Assembly (NCBI RefSeq): GCF_964355755.1
Contig: NC_092679.1
Location: 7,346,201-7,410,200, forward strand
DNA length: 64,000 nucleotides
Source: Antedon mediterranea
Lineage: Eukaryota; Animalia; Echinodermata
Direction of reading: 5' to 3'
The notes below the pieces were generated by a model that did no database searches, was not told the DNA's origin, and worked only from the letters and a program-made list of their open reading frames with translations. The position numbers were made by a program, and so were the translations under genes. Position 1 is the stretch's first letter; the number at the start of each line of letters is the position of its first letter. This document shows, piece after piece, positions 50,601-61,629 of this stretch.

Positions 50601-53600
50601 ACCACAGGGACTGGAGGCTCTTCATCAGGCTTTTGTGAGAAAGGTAAAATAAAAACAAACCAAAGAAGTGGTACCAGAAGAAATAAAAATAAGTGAAAAC
50701 AAACTAAATGTACAGTAATAACATTTTGTTCAATTTTCAGCTTCTTCCAATCGATTCAGAAAGTGGCTGGAGTCTAAATGGTGTTCATCATGAATTACGG
50801 TTGTGGAGGCAGGTTTTAAATGATGAGGCTGCAACTGGACGTATTCATTACCTCTATGGATGTTCCTCTGCAATCTCTGCCTCTCCAGAGGTTGGTTTAT
50901 TTGTTTTAATATTTACGTATTCAAATAAATATTGAACAGTTGCCGAATGTTAAGATATATACACCTTTGGGTGGCAACAAGAGCGCAACAAAATTGTGAT
51001 TTTTTTTTATTTTGTATAATAAAACAGGAAGTAATGGAAATGTTGCAAGATGTAAGCAAAAAGGTTGAATGGGATTCGCACGTTTCGGAAGCAGATCAAG
51101 TGAGCATGCCCACAAGTACCGGGCTCGACTTGGATCATTCCGTCATGACGGATGTTGTTACAGAAGCACTCAAGAGTCCTGGAAGCATCCAGTTGCTGTG
51201 CTCCAGGATTAAGTTTTATCTGAAGATGCCTTATCTGATGTTTACTGGCAAACCAGCCCAACTGGAAGAAGTCAGACTAAATAGAATTGCAAGGTGTTTA
51301 ATAATTTATGTACAGTTTGTATCAGAATACAATAAAATACATAAGAAAACAACCAGCAATATCAGTAGAGTAGTGTTTAAAGTAAGATACAAAATAACAA
51401 AGTTGCCCTAACCGAGACATAAACTTACTGGCTGTGAAATAAACTAGGCTAATTAATTCAAAAGAAAGCTTGAGATAACTACTTAATAACAAGGTCATCT
51501 GGAAACTAAATATGTACCAATTATTTTGAATTCAATATTTTTTCTGTCATGTAGGACCTGGCAGAAGGAGAATGATGGATGTTGCTGGATGTTCTGTAAG
51601 AAAGTGAACAAAGGCATTGTTCTTGAAAGCCTCCCGGACATTTGGACATATTTTTATTTACGACCAGTACTAGGAGGTTGGTGGTGGTGGAACATATTGT
51701 TACCATTGGAAGAAATTATATACAAATACTTAAATTTGGTTGACAGGTTAAATTGAACAATGTTTTTAAAACGTAGTAAATCGTTAATAGTGCCATTGAG
51801 AGTACTTTAGATAGAAGGATGTATTTGTGTTGTTTACAATATGATAATTCAAATTCCGTTCTGTGTTTTCAATTACTATTTACGATGAACTAAATGATGA
51901 TTGATGATCATGAGTTCATCTAGCAGGAAACCCTAAACTGATCTCTTAGACTCCTTTTATACTTTTTGATCCAATCGAGTGCGTGCGTTTGTAAGGTAGT
52001 CTTAATTTAGGTCACTCCATGATCGACTCAAAGCCTCGGATGTTTTACTTTCATCATTTCTCGACCCTGGGCTGTAACAAATCGTGTGTGAATGGGGTCT
52101 TAGTGTACCCTAAATAATTAGGAATATATGATGATTAATGGTCAGTGAATCTTATCAGTCCACCTTAAACAACGATCCTGATCTCTATCTCTTAGTCTAC
52201 ACTACTGTAAATACTGATGCCAACTAATACAAAATGAATGTTTTATTACAGTTGAAAGAGGTTGTATACTTCATTACATACTGTGCATAGAATCTGATCT
52301 GCCAGAAACAGCTGAAATAGTGGCTTCCAGGGTTGCAGCAATCAAACATTACTTTGGCCTAAGAAGACTACAGCTTCCGCCTCTCAGACGCAAATCTTTA
52401 AAGCATGTCACCGAAGGCTTTGGCAACCAACCAACAAGTGGAATAGCTGTTACCGACAACAATTCTATGGAAGATATCCAGCCTGGGAGTGTTAACCAGC
52501 GTGCAATATGTAGCGGCACAAGTCCTAACGAGACAACTCAAAAACAAGTAGCAGGGCGTGTGAGCAGCGACCACGTATCATGGGCATGGGACTCGTCGAG
52601 TGATGACACAGGATTTCAGAGTGACGGGATGCCGACACCAGTGAGAAGAAAGGAGAGAAGATCTTCTAAAGGAAGCAAAAATCCTGCCAAGATGCTGGAA
52701 AGAAGACGGCTTATGAGTGGAGGTATTAATCTCTTACAACATCCTCATTAAAAACTAAACTAATAAGCTTCACTGTATTCTTGTACATAAATGTTGAATT
52801 AATTAAGATTTATTTAAGTGTGTCTCGTGTGATGTTGCATTTTCTAAAATAAAATAAAATCATCTATTAAACAACAATAAACATCTCAAGACAAATGTGT
52901 TTGCATCATCATTTTTTTGTTTTGCTTTCATTCTTTTTTATCATCATTTTTTGTAACATTATTTGATCGTGATTTGAAGTTGGAAATGCACTACAGAAGT
53001 TGGCATGATGCATAGAATAATTCTTTGTTTTAATATTATATTTCAGCTGAAAACTTTGACTATCGTACTCTTGCGAACCACTGTGCTGGTGAAGTCTTAG
53101 AAGAAGCATTGAAAGCAGGTGTTATCAATGTGAATACAAGTGAGGCTGATCAACAGCTCCAAACTGGTGGATGGACGTAAGCTTATTTTAAATAATTTAA
53201 AAAGTTGATAGTGAGCTTTCATGGTATAAGGGGAAGGATGGTAATTTACACTTTAAAGATTAATCTACACATGCATTTAGGCCCTATTTTAAGCAGTGTA
53301 TTGGGTCAATTTAATATTTGTTTGAAATCTTGCTATTATTTAAGAAAAAGGTAAGAAATGTTACCTCTAGTGAAGGAATAATTTATGTTAATTATTTATA
53401 TTTTAGATTCCAATGCTTAGAAAAGGATGTTGTTATATTAAAGAAGAAAGAAAGAGGATCTGTATTTTACAGGTAAAGTGTACAAATAAATAATGTTTTG
53501 TGAATGGTGAGAATATTTCATGAGTTGAAAAATTGACTGTTCTATTTTAATGTGGTGGGGTAAATATTAGAATAATAGTCCAACATAAAAAATCCTATCA

Positions 53601-54376
53601 ATCCATCAATCAATCAATATTACAGTTATGATAAGGGTTTACGTACTTGTTTGTTACAGTTTCCTGGGCAAAGGCTTGATCAGGGCGTCTCCAGATGTGG
53701 TGTTCAAAGCAGTTAAAAACCCTAGAACACGATTTATTTACGACAACATGCTAAAAAAAATGAATATTGTTCGTGACCTTGGAAACGACCTTCTTATCTA
53801 CAACATGATACATGAAGTCCCGCAGATAATCCGCAAGGAAAGTCGAGACTTCTGTTTGCTTCAGACAAGTAGGACGGACGGTCAGAGACACATTGTAGCC
53901 GCACGGTCAGTGGATTGGCCAGAATGCCCACCAAGCCAAGATGGTATTGTACGGTCAAAGTTAAATCCAAGTGGATGGGTTATTGAACCAGTGATAAAGA
54001 AGAATGCTGTGAATTCAATCGTCACATATTTGGTGCAAGTGAGTATCTTGTGTGTTGTCATTCATTTGTCACAAGTTCTGTAAGCGCTTCACATTATTAT
54101 TTCATTGGTGGATCAAACGTGTAATCAGCACAGTTGTGTTTTGACCTTACCCAATTGTACACCTGTGTGAAGAGAGGCAAATGTACTATAAGTAAAGTTG
54201 GATTCAAACTCACGATTGTGATGTAACCAAAACAGTTAAATAAATTTGCTTTTTTCCCTTTTTAGATTGAAGTTGGTGGAAAGGACGTACCCCAGAGTTT
54301 TCTACAGTTTCTGTCACGCAGAATTCCATTAAGCGTTGCCTATTTAAGGTTGTTCCTAGAGGCAGACTTGCCATAG
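44541..54376 (+). CDS. Membrane-anchored protein with a divergent START/SRPBCC domain and a C-terminal STARD9-like START domain (~634 aa, complete)
   Basis: Ten phase-consistent exons: 44541-44672, 50566-50643, 50741-50890, 51028-51293, 51555-51676, 52252-52722, 53047-53176, 53407-53472, 53660-54038, 54266-54376 (TAG). The C-terminus FLGKGLIRASPDVVF...RDFCLL...AARSV...PSGWVIEP...VTYLVQIEVGG...RRIPLSVAYLRLFL matches the START fold of STARD9. Confidence 0.88.
44941..46790 (+). mobile_element. 5'-truncated CR1/L2-group (Daphne/Kiri-like) LINE within START gene intron
   Basis: RT ORF fragments 45014-46135 and 46053-46622; AATAAA at the 3' end; possible 7-bp TSD AAGTGAA (44934-44940 / 46787-46793). 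Confidence 0.88.
45014..46622 (+). pseudogene. LINE reverse transcriptase, one frameshift in a T-run at ~46113-46121
   Basis: KACGPD, LRPISIT, QFGNVKGLST, DFSKAFD, GVPQGTKLGP, KYVDD; continues as FQDNLKWDCHI...YIRPVVEYA..VW. Confidence 0.9.
47104..47225. repeat. 39-bp tandem repeat, 3 identical copies
   Basis: AAATTGCAGCCAAAGGCTGAATTACATGATGGTCATTAC x3. Confidence 0.95.
48956..49778. mobile_element. Foldback/MULE-like non-autonomous element; long TIRs built from ~16-bp tandem units
   Basis: Left arm (CAACTCGGCCTCACGT)n versus right arm (GGCCGAGTTGACGTGA)n, inverted over ~180 bp; flanking duplication ATTGTAAG at 48948-48955 and 49779-49786. Confidence 0.88.
49966..50350 (-). mobile_element. 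(TA)n-associated tRNA-carrying element, copy 2 (truncated, internal duplications)
   Basis: Near-identical to 10279-10545; tandem duplication of TTCTCGGCGTGGTACGGCGGAACAGCACTAGTCC; TA-rich flanks. Confidence 0.88.
50122..50193 (-). tRNA. tRNA-like cloverleaf, anticodon ATC (copy 2)
   Basis: Same as 10389-10460 but with a G1-C72 pair and discriminator A; TTTTT terminator follows. Confidence 0.65.
50566..50643 (+). CDS. START gene exon 2
   Basis: tttcag|DDEQVDLHGNKAPQGLEALHQAFVRK|gtaaaa. Confidence 0.8.
50741..50890 (+). CDS. START gene exon 3
   Basis: LLPIDSESGWSLNGVHHELRLWRQ...SSAISASPE. Confidence 0.85.
51028..51293 (+). CDS. START gene exon 4
   Basis: EVMEMLQDVSKKVEWDSHV...NRIAR; START-like WD motif. 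Confidence 0.85.
51555..51676 (+). CDS. START gene exon 5
   Basis: TWQKENDGCCWMFC...WTYFYLRPVLG. Confidence 0.82.
52252..52722 (+). CDS. START gene exon 6 (end of first domain plus disordered Ser-rich linker)
   Basis: ERGCILHYILC...ASRVAAIKHYF...DSSSDDTGFQSDG...RRLMSG. Confidence 0.87.
53047..53176 (+). CDS. START gene exon 7
   Basis: ENFDYRTLANHCAGEVLEEALKAG...TGGWT|gtaagc. Confidence 0.87.
53407..53472 (+). CDS. START gene exon 8
   Basis: FQCLEKDVVILKKKERGSVFYS. Confidence 0.87.
53660..54038 (+). CDS. START gene exon 9 (START domain core)
   Basis: FLGKGLIRASPDVVF...RDFCLLQ...PSGWVIEP...VTYLVQ|gtgagt. Confidence 0.93.
54266..54376 (+). CDS. START gene last coding exon
   Basis: IEVGGKDVPQSFLQFLSRRIPLSVAYLRLFLEADLP*. 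Confidence 0.92.
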   Translation: MEVGGKDVPQSFLQFLSRRIPLSVAYLRLFLEADLP

Positions 54377-55389
54377 TTTACTTTTTGCTGTCTGGAATGA
54401 TGAATACTAGAATGGATATTGTAAAGAGGTTAACAAAATGTGTTTAATTCACAAGCATTTTTTTTATACTGGTTAGTTACTTGACATTACACAGAATCAT
54501 TTTAAGAACATGTTCTGGCAGTTTTTTTTGCTGATTTTGTGCTTTTAGGATAAATATGAATTCTTGCCAACCAAGGACACTATTGAAAAATCATCATTTC
54601 AGCAATTTCGACGTCCAAGAGGTCTGTCTAGGCCTAGTAGTTCATTAAGAAATATGTTTTTAATTTTCTATAATTTTTGTAATTTTTGTCGGTTGGGCAA
54701 CATAAAGTACAAATTACAAAATAGTCGCAAATGTTAGTGTCTTTAAAATTGAAAAATGTGTGCTTCCTAAATCTTTCAAGTTCCCTCGGACACAATGCTT
54801 GGACGTAACCACAAGTAATTTGGACAATCATGACGCGGTAAACCATCCAAACTGCCGCTGTGATTAGTGAACTCAATTTCACTTTCATTGCGTTGCATCT
54901 AAGTGGGAACCAAGCTTTAAATGTAACTAAAAAGATGACATGCTTATAATAGGACCTTTTTATCCTTGCTGTATATACAGTAAACTATAATCATTTTAGT
55001 AATTCCTAGTTTTTGTATTGTGTAAGAATCTGGACATTTTTTGTACATGCAACTTTGCTTCAGTTATGCAAATAATTTAAGGTGCTTTTTAATATAGTAT
55101 ATAATATACTGTAGTTTTTAGTTAGTATTGCTGTTGTTTCTTGTGGTTTCTTGTGGTTTTAAGATCTAACAACAATTATCAGCTGAATACTTATATTGGT
55201 GCAATTTAGTGGTAAAATAATATATTTTAATACAGTATTATAATCCCTGTTCATTGCACATTTCTGGACTTGGACAAACTATTTTAAATAAGTGTAATTA
55301 GTATGCAAATGAGGTGTCCGTCTTAGATGGACAATCGTCTTTCATAACATATATATATATAGCAATAAAACATTCTAATCAGAGGGATA

Positions 55390-55550
55390 TTGGCCTAGCA
55401 TGCGAGAGAACACTTCTCTGTGTCATATTTCTTGTATCCTTAGGCACCCGTCCTTTCGATGGGACATAAATCTGTTGGTCCTGTGTACATACATTGCACA
55501 TAAAGCACAATAGACTTGGTACACTTATCTAAAAGAGTAGGGGTGTACTG
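55390..55550 (+). mobile_element. Degenerate Deu/Nin-type SINE
   Basis: GATGGGACATAAATCTGTTGGTCCTGTGTACA...AAGAGTAGGGGTGTAC resembles the SINE core at 28670-28780. Confidence 0.5.
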
Positions 55551-57845
55551 AGCATTCTAATGAAGTCAAATTAAACTACAACTGAAACAAAGTTCATGCT
55601 AAATACACTTGTCATTGTGAAGTATAGTACTTCAACGTCCATATGGTATAATACATTACAAAGAGAAAGTAAAAATTTAATAACATTTAATATAAAATTA
55701 ACTAATTAAAATTGTGCAACAATTTGATTTTATCGAGGACCTCATTTTGTATTATTTTTTGTAAATTATAAGGACATAATTACGTTAGTTTAGTTTTGGA
55801 ATAATGGTTATGGGGTATGTGCTTTTTAACTCCATATCAACTACAATGAGTCCATGCAATTGATGGCTACAACTGGCAAAATAATCTAATACATAATCAA
55901 TAATTGTCACTACTGTATGTATGATTTAATAAATATATTATAATATTTTATTGACCATATTTTATTAAGATATAGAAAAACCAAAACATTTAACAAATAC
56001 AAGAAGATATTATACTTTGTAGTCAATTTATTACCAAGTGTAAATTATATAACAACAATATAAAGATCATTTTACTGTGTTGGCATATACCTTATTGTAT
56101 CATCACTGGTAAACAATGTAAGTTTATTGGTAGTAAACATAAATGGATGTCTTGAAAGTAGGACAGGCATTTGTTAGTTTTTTCCAAAAAAAGTTAGTAC
56201 CGTATGTGTAAAAAATGTAATATTATTTTGTTTTTAATGCTCACAAATGCAATACTGTGTTTTATTGTTGAATGATCAACATTTCTTTTTTACCAAAGTT
56301 AATATGATTTGTGTATTAGAAAATAAAGTTTCTGTAGTTAAATACAACTCTTTTGGAATCATGTTCATTTGGGATGGCTTTTTCAGAATCTTTGTTTTTA
56401 GAGAAATTTTCGGTTTAGGAAAACTAATATCCAGACTTTTCAGCACCTCTCCATGTGCAATGTTTTAACATATACCATCCTTTTGACTTCTAAATCAAAC
56501 ACAAATAATAGTTTCTAATATTCTTGAACATCAACAATTCTTTTTCAATAAAAAAAAACCTGAGCAACATTTCCTTCCTGATGACTTTGACATTTCAAAT
56601 GGATCGGATTTTTTTTAGCTCTTTATAGATGACATGTTGTTTCACTGAAAAAGATAAAATATTAATTAAAAACAAATTGCATTAAATGAACAGCTTTATG
56701 TGTGGAATGAGATTGGTCATTCAATTCGGAGGGGTTTTCCACAAAAGGGCAAAAATCATTAGGCTAGTTAGACCTATTTATTACAGTTGCACTGCTGATC
56801 TCTAGCTTGAAACTTCACGAAAAACAGGGATTTGTTTAAACCTAAATATAGAAAGTTCACCTTTTCGATCAAATAAATAGCGAACAAGTTTGTCTGCCGT
56901 TCTTGCTCGCCTCATTATCTTAATGGAATTAGTTCCTGCTAAACTCCGCAACACTACTAACACATTTCTGAAAAAGAGTTTAAAAAAAACGTTTAAAAAA
57001 AAGCATTTGGATTGTATCATAAACTAATTTAGTATTAAGATCTAAAGGTATTTTCTTCATATTTAAAAGCTGACTGAAATGTTGAAAAACAAGAAAAATA
57101 AAATAGAAAAATTACTGGAAAACCCCAGAAAAACTGTCCTGACCAGGGCTGGTCAGACTGTTAAAAATAATACTCCATATTTTAATAGATAAGAAGAAAT
57201 AATATAGATTAGTACATACTTGCTTTTTTTCTTTGCCACTGCAAAAAAAACATAAACACGTTTTTAATTTAAAATAAACTAGGACTAGCCTAGTAGGCCG
57301 ATATTTATACTATTAATTATTACTAAAAATAACTGAGTAGACTTTAGATAGGCCTATATAGCTGCAGTGAATTCAGCAGCAGCAGTCTTCACAGATGCTG
57401 TGCTGCTTATCTACTAGTATACAGGTAGTAGGTCTAGGCCTAGTGGGCGGCAAGCCGAATCGTCTTCGAGCCGGATCGTACCCTAGTTAGGCCTCTCCTA
57501 GGCTAGTAGTAGTGTGTAGCCGCATAGCGCCGGCCTGCCTAGCCAGGACGGCTAGCTAATTTTAGGCCTAGCTATATAAAGTCAGAAGTTACACTATGTA
57601 TATCAGTTTACTTACAGTGTATCCTTGTCAGAAACATTTTATTTTACTTCACTTTCGCATTAATACAGATAAATACAAGTTTTTTCCTTCCAAAAATTAG
57701 TCCTCATGCGACATGTTGAGAAAACAAATACAACCAAACGCATATTTCGTGCACAAACGATAGAGGGAAGCATTTATGACATACCGGTACACATGTTTAC
57801 TGAGCCCACTGTTTTTTCAGTTCTACTACTAGAAAATATTTTAAA

Positions 57846-58136
57846 ATGTCGAATTTACTAAGCAATTATCAACATTATTTTATTGGAGGTGCTTTGTTAG
57901 TAAGTTCAGGTGTAGCTGCATACTCTACTTACAAACTCTTGTCCCTACAGAAGTCGATTGATGCCAACAAAGAGGCGACTGATTACGAATCCGAAAAGGT
58001 TCTGAGTGAATATTTAGTATTTCACTATGGAGCGCCACATGAAGTTCTTCGATACAGCTACGGACCTAAAGACGCATTGGACTTTCCAAAAAGAGTTGCA
58101 GATGAGTGCCTCAGGGTGTTGTCTACATTGGACAAA
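57846..58136 (+). CDS. First coding exon of a stand-alone SAM-dependent methyltransferase resembling the OvoA C-terminal (5-thiohistidine N-methyltransferase) domain
   Basis: N-terminal hydrophobic segment followed by YESEKVLSEYLVFHYG...ALDFPKRVA, matching the YExxxxxxxYLxFHYG...FP start of the OvoA MTase domain as recalled; donor gtaaat at 58137; remaining exons lie beyond the window. Confidence 0.72.
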
Positions 58137-58379
58137 GTAAATATATAATTAGAATTAATTCTAAATTTGTTTGTGTAAAGTAATTGTTTAGATGACTTTG
58201 CAGAAAACCGTCCTTCAAGTTCAGATGATGAAACATAGTTTTAGCAGGGAGTTGTTAATTATTTAACTACTCCCTGGTTTTAGGTTAGCAATAGCTGTCC
58301 ATCGTAGCTTCTTATTAAATATTATTTATGACTGAATACTGTCAATTACTATTACTAAGTACATACATTTGTTTTTGTC

Positions 58380-58738
58380 GTAATTTCCAATTGAAACCTC
58401 GAACGTCCTAAACAATTTTAACAATTTGAATCTTTTCGTCATCTTTTTTTATCATCTATTGACTCTTTCCTTCTTGATAAATTATCTTTAATTCTTTTTT
58501 TTTTGTATATTTTATTCAAATTTTTTTGTTTATCATATCTGTTCTTTTTTTTTCTGTTTTCTCACAGCTTTATACTTTTTTTGTTTATAAAATTATATAT
58601 TTATTTTAGTTAAGATCATGGGACTGCTGACTCTTGTAGTTACAGTAATCCTATTACTTTAGCAGTCCCTGACCAATTCATCTTTGTACATTGTATATTA
58701 TTTTTTGTTGGTCAAATAAATAAATGAAATGAAATGAA
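58380..58738 (+). mobile_element. 3' end fragment of a CR1/L2-type LINE
   Basis: Hairpin GGGACTGCT...AGCAGTCCC, then AATAAA and a (AAATG)n tail. Confidence 0.55.
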
Positions 58739-60804
58739 CATACATTTTTTATCAGTTAATTCATTCAGGCTTATCGCCTGACTTTATTTACTTTAGGCCT
58801 CTGGCCCCTAGTAATTAACAAAATAATAATTACATTGAAAAATAAAGCAATTTATGGTCACAAGATAAATGAATTAATTAATTTCGTTCTCTAAGCAAAA
58901 CATATATCTTAACTTATAAGCATGATAAATATATTTAGATAGATTATCAATAATTATTGGATCCTGTGATGACATTAAACGGCAGAATTTAAAAGTATTT
59001 GGATTTTCCAAAAATAAAGAAGGTATAAATTTTTTTCTGATTTCCTTGTAACGAGAGCAAACTGTAACAAAATGATATTCATCTTCAACTTCATTTATAT
59101 TACATATTTTACATAACCTATTGCTGCGCTCTATTCTTTTCCATCTTCCCTTTTCTACCTCTAGTTGAAGTGTGCCCAGTCTTAGTTGACTTAAAGCTCG
59201 CTTATATCTAGTATCAAGGGTCTGTAGTAAGTATCCATCTACTCCGAAAATTGTTTTTGAACATTTTATAATATCTTAATTTTGAAGAAATATTTATGCT
59301 TTCATGAAAGGATTGGCGTTCCATATCGGTTAGCCTTTCTTTTATTTTATTAATTATATAAAATTTATCAAGGACATTATTTTGTGAAAACCATATGTTT
59401 CCATTATTATGTTTCCATTACTACATGACCAATAGAGCATAACATATGTTTTACATCGCTTACCCAACAATTACTATTATTTTGCGCTTTATGAAGTTGA
59501 GATTTATAACATTTCTTCGCATATTTGTCCTCGTTCATATTTACTAGTCTTACCCAATAACGGATAACATTGAGTACACTTTCGATTGATAAAGAGAATC
59601 GTCCACATTCTCCTCTAATTGAAACACTTTTGGCTGATTTCCCGACCCCTTAAACATATCTACAGAAATTATTTTGAATATCATCAATTTTGTTGTTGTT
59701 TAGTTTTCCCCATATTTCACTACCATACAGTATAATTGGGTTTATTTTAACATCAAATAAGTAGTTCCAAATATTCACTGGTAGATGTCCATATTTCTGA
59801 TATACTATATTTTTGAGTGAGAAAAGTGCTTTATTAGCCTGTGTATTATTTTGTTCTCTGGCCTTTTCCCAATTTCCTGAACAATCGAAAGTGACTCCAA
59901 GATATTTGAGAGATTTTACTATTTCAATTTCTTTACCAAGATAATTCCACTTTTCGTAGTTCTTAAGTTTTCCATTTTTTTTAAATACTATTATTTTACT
60001 TTTGTCAATGTTAACTACCAATCCCCACCTATTACAATAATATGCTAATTTATTTAAAAGATCTTGTAATGAGTACACTGTATCACTGATTAAAACTAGA
60101 TCATCTGCATACAGTAGGTGATTAATATTTATGTTATCAATTTTTATTTTGTTTCGATTTTCAGCAGTATGTAATAACTCAGTTATATCATTAATAAAAA
60201 TATTAAATAATAATGAAGATAAAGGTGACCCTTGTTGTATTCCTACAGTACTTCACATTTAAAGGATTCTCCAATTTTGTTGCCAACCTTTACATGCCCT
60301 TTTAGTTTACTATACATTGTTTTTATAACTTTTATTATTTTACCTTTTATACCAGATTTTCTTAGTTTACTTATAAGGAAATCGTGTCTAATAGAATCGA
60401 AAGCGCATTTTAAATCTATAAACGCCATGTACACAGTTCTTCGTTTTTTGAGAGATATTTGTTAACAATTGTGTCTAAAATAAATATGTTATCAATAGTA
60501 CGACAATCTTTTCTAAACCCTCCCTGTTCTTGATATAATATTTCATTTTCTTCTGTCCATTTTCTTAATCTATTGCTTATAATGTATAAAAACACCTTGC
60601 CTAAAGTGGATATTAAGGATACGCCTCTATAATTTCCTGGTTGATCTCTTTTACCCTTTTTAAATATAGGAATAATAATGCTTGTTGCCCGTTGTTGGGG
60701 AAAATTTCCAGAGGTAAAAATACTATTAAAAATTTTCGTAATTGCGCTAATAGCAGCATTTGGCATACAAGTAAAAAATTCAATTGGGAATCCATCAATA
60801 CCTG

Positions 60805-61609
60805 TGTAACAGGGTAACAGGTATGCTTATACCCAAATACTTAAATGATTTATCTGCTGAATCTGACTTGAATCTGAGAAACCTTGTGGGACCCATTAAA
60901 GTAAAAGCTGGAATGATAAGTGACCATGCTATAAATAGATGAGTCACCTCATCCAAGTGGCGGGAAAATGGTCATGAATATTTAGTGTATAATGTTTCAG
61001 TATGGGTCAGTTCATAAATGGACAAGGGATTTTGTTAATTGATTTGCATTTTTAATAGTTTCTTTTTTTGTATAACCGAACTTTAAATTGATAATTACAT
61101 GTGTATGACTCGAGTTACAATACAATCGTTCTGTAAACTACGAAATAACGTTATGGTAAATGTATGTACCATCGGTTAAAAATGGTCATAGTACCCAACT
61201 GGGAATGGATGACACTTACTAGTGCCTAGCCCAAAGTGAAGGTTTTCATCTCCTTCTGACTGGTTACTAGGTAAGCATCTATATTTTTATCTCTCTTAAT
61301 TTTAGAATTGTTTTACTATAGTTAATATAGTTGATTAGTTAATTGATTGTTATACTAGACACAACGCAATAGTAGCCTATACTGTCGTTAATGATACGAT
61401 CGATCGATCACTGATATGTTATTTTAAATATAGTAACACTGTTTTTGTTATATCTCCTTCTGACTGGTTACTAGCTTCAATAAAAGAATTTAACTTTTCC
61501 AAACCAAGAACTGTCTCTGTGGATGATTTTATTGTGTTTGTGCCAGTGCTGCAGCTCCTGAAAATACTACGCGATAAAGCTACGACGCTAGTAGTACGAA
61601 CCTGTTACA
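60805..61609 (+). repeat. 5' LTR
   Basis: TGTAACAGG...CCTGTTACA terminal inverted 9-mer; AATAAA at 61479. Confidence 0.96.
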
Positions 61610-61611
61610 TT

Positions 61612-61629
61612 TGGTGCCGTGACCAGGAT
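61612..61629 (+). other. Primer-binding site complementary to the tRNA-His 3' end
   Basis: TGGTGCCGTGACCAGGAT, 2 nt after the LTR, is the complement of ...ATCCTGGTCACGGCACCA (invertebrate tRNA-His GTG). Confidence 0.88.
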
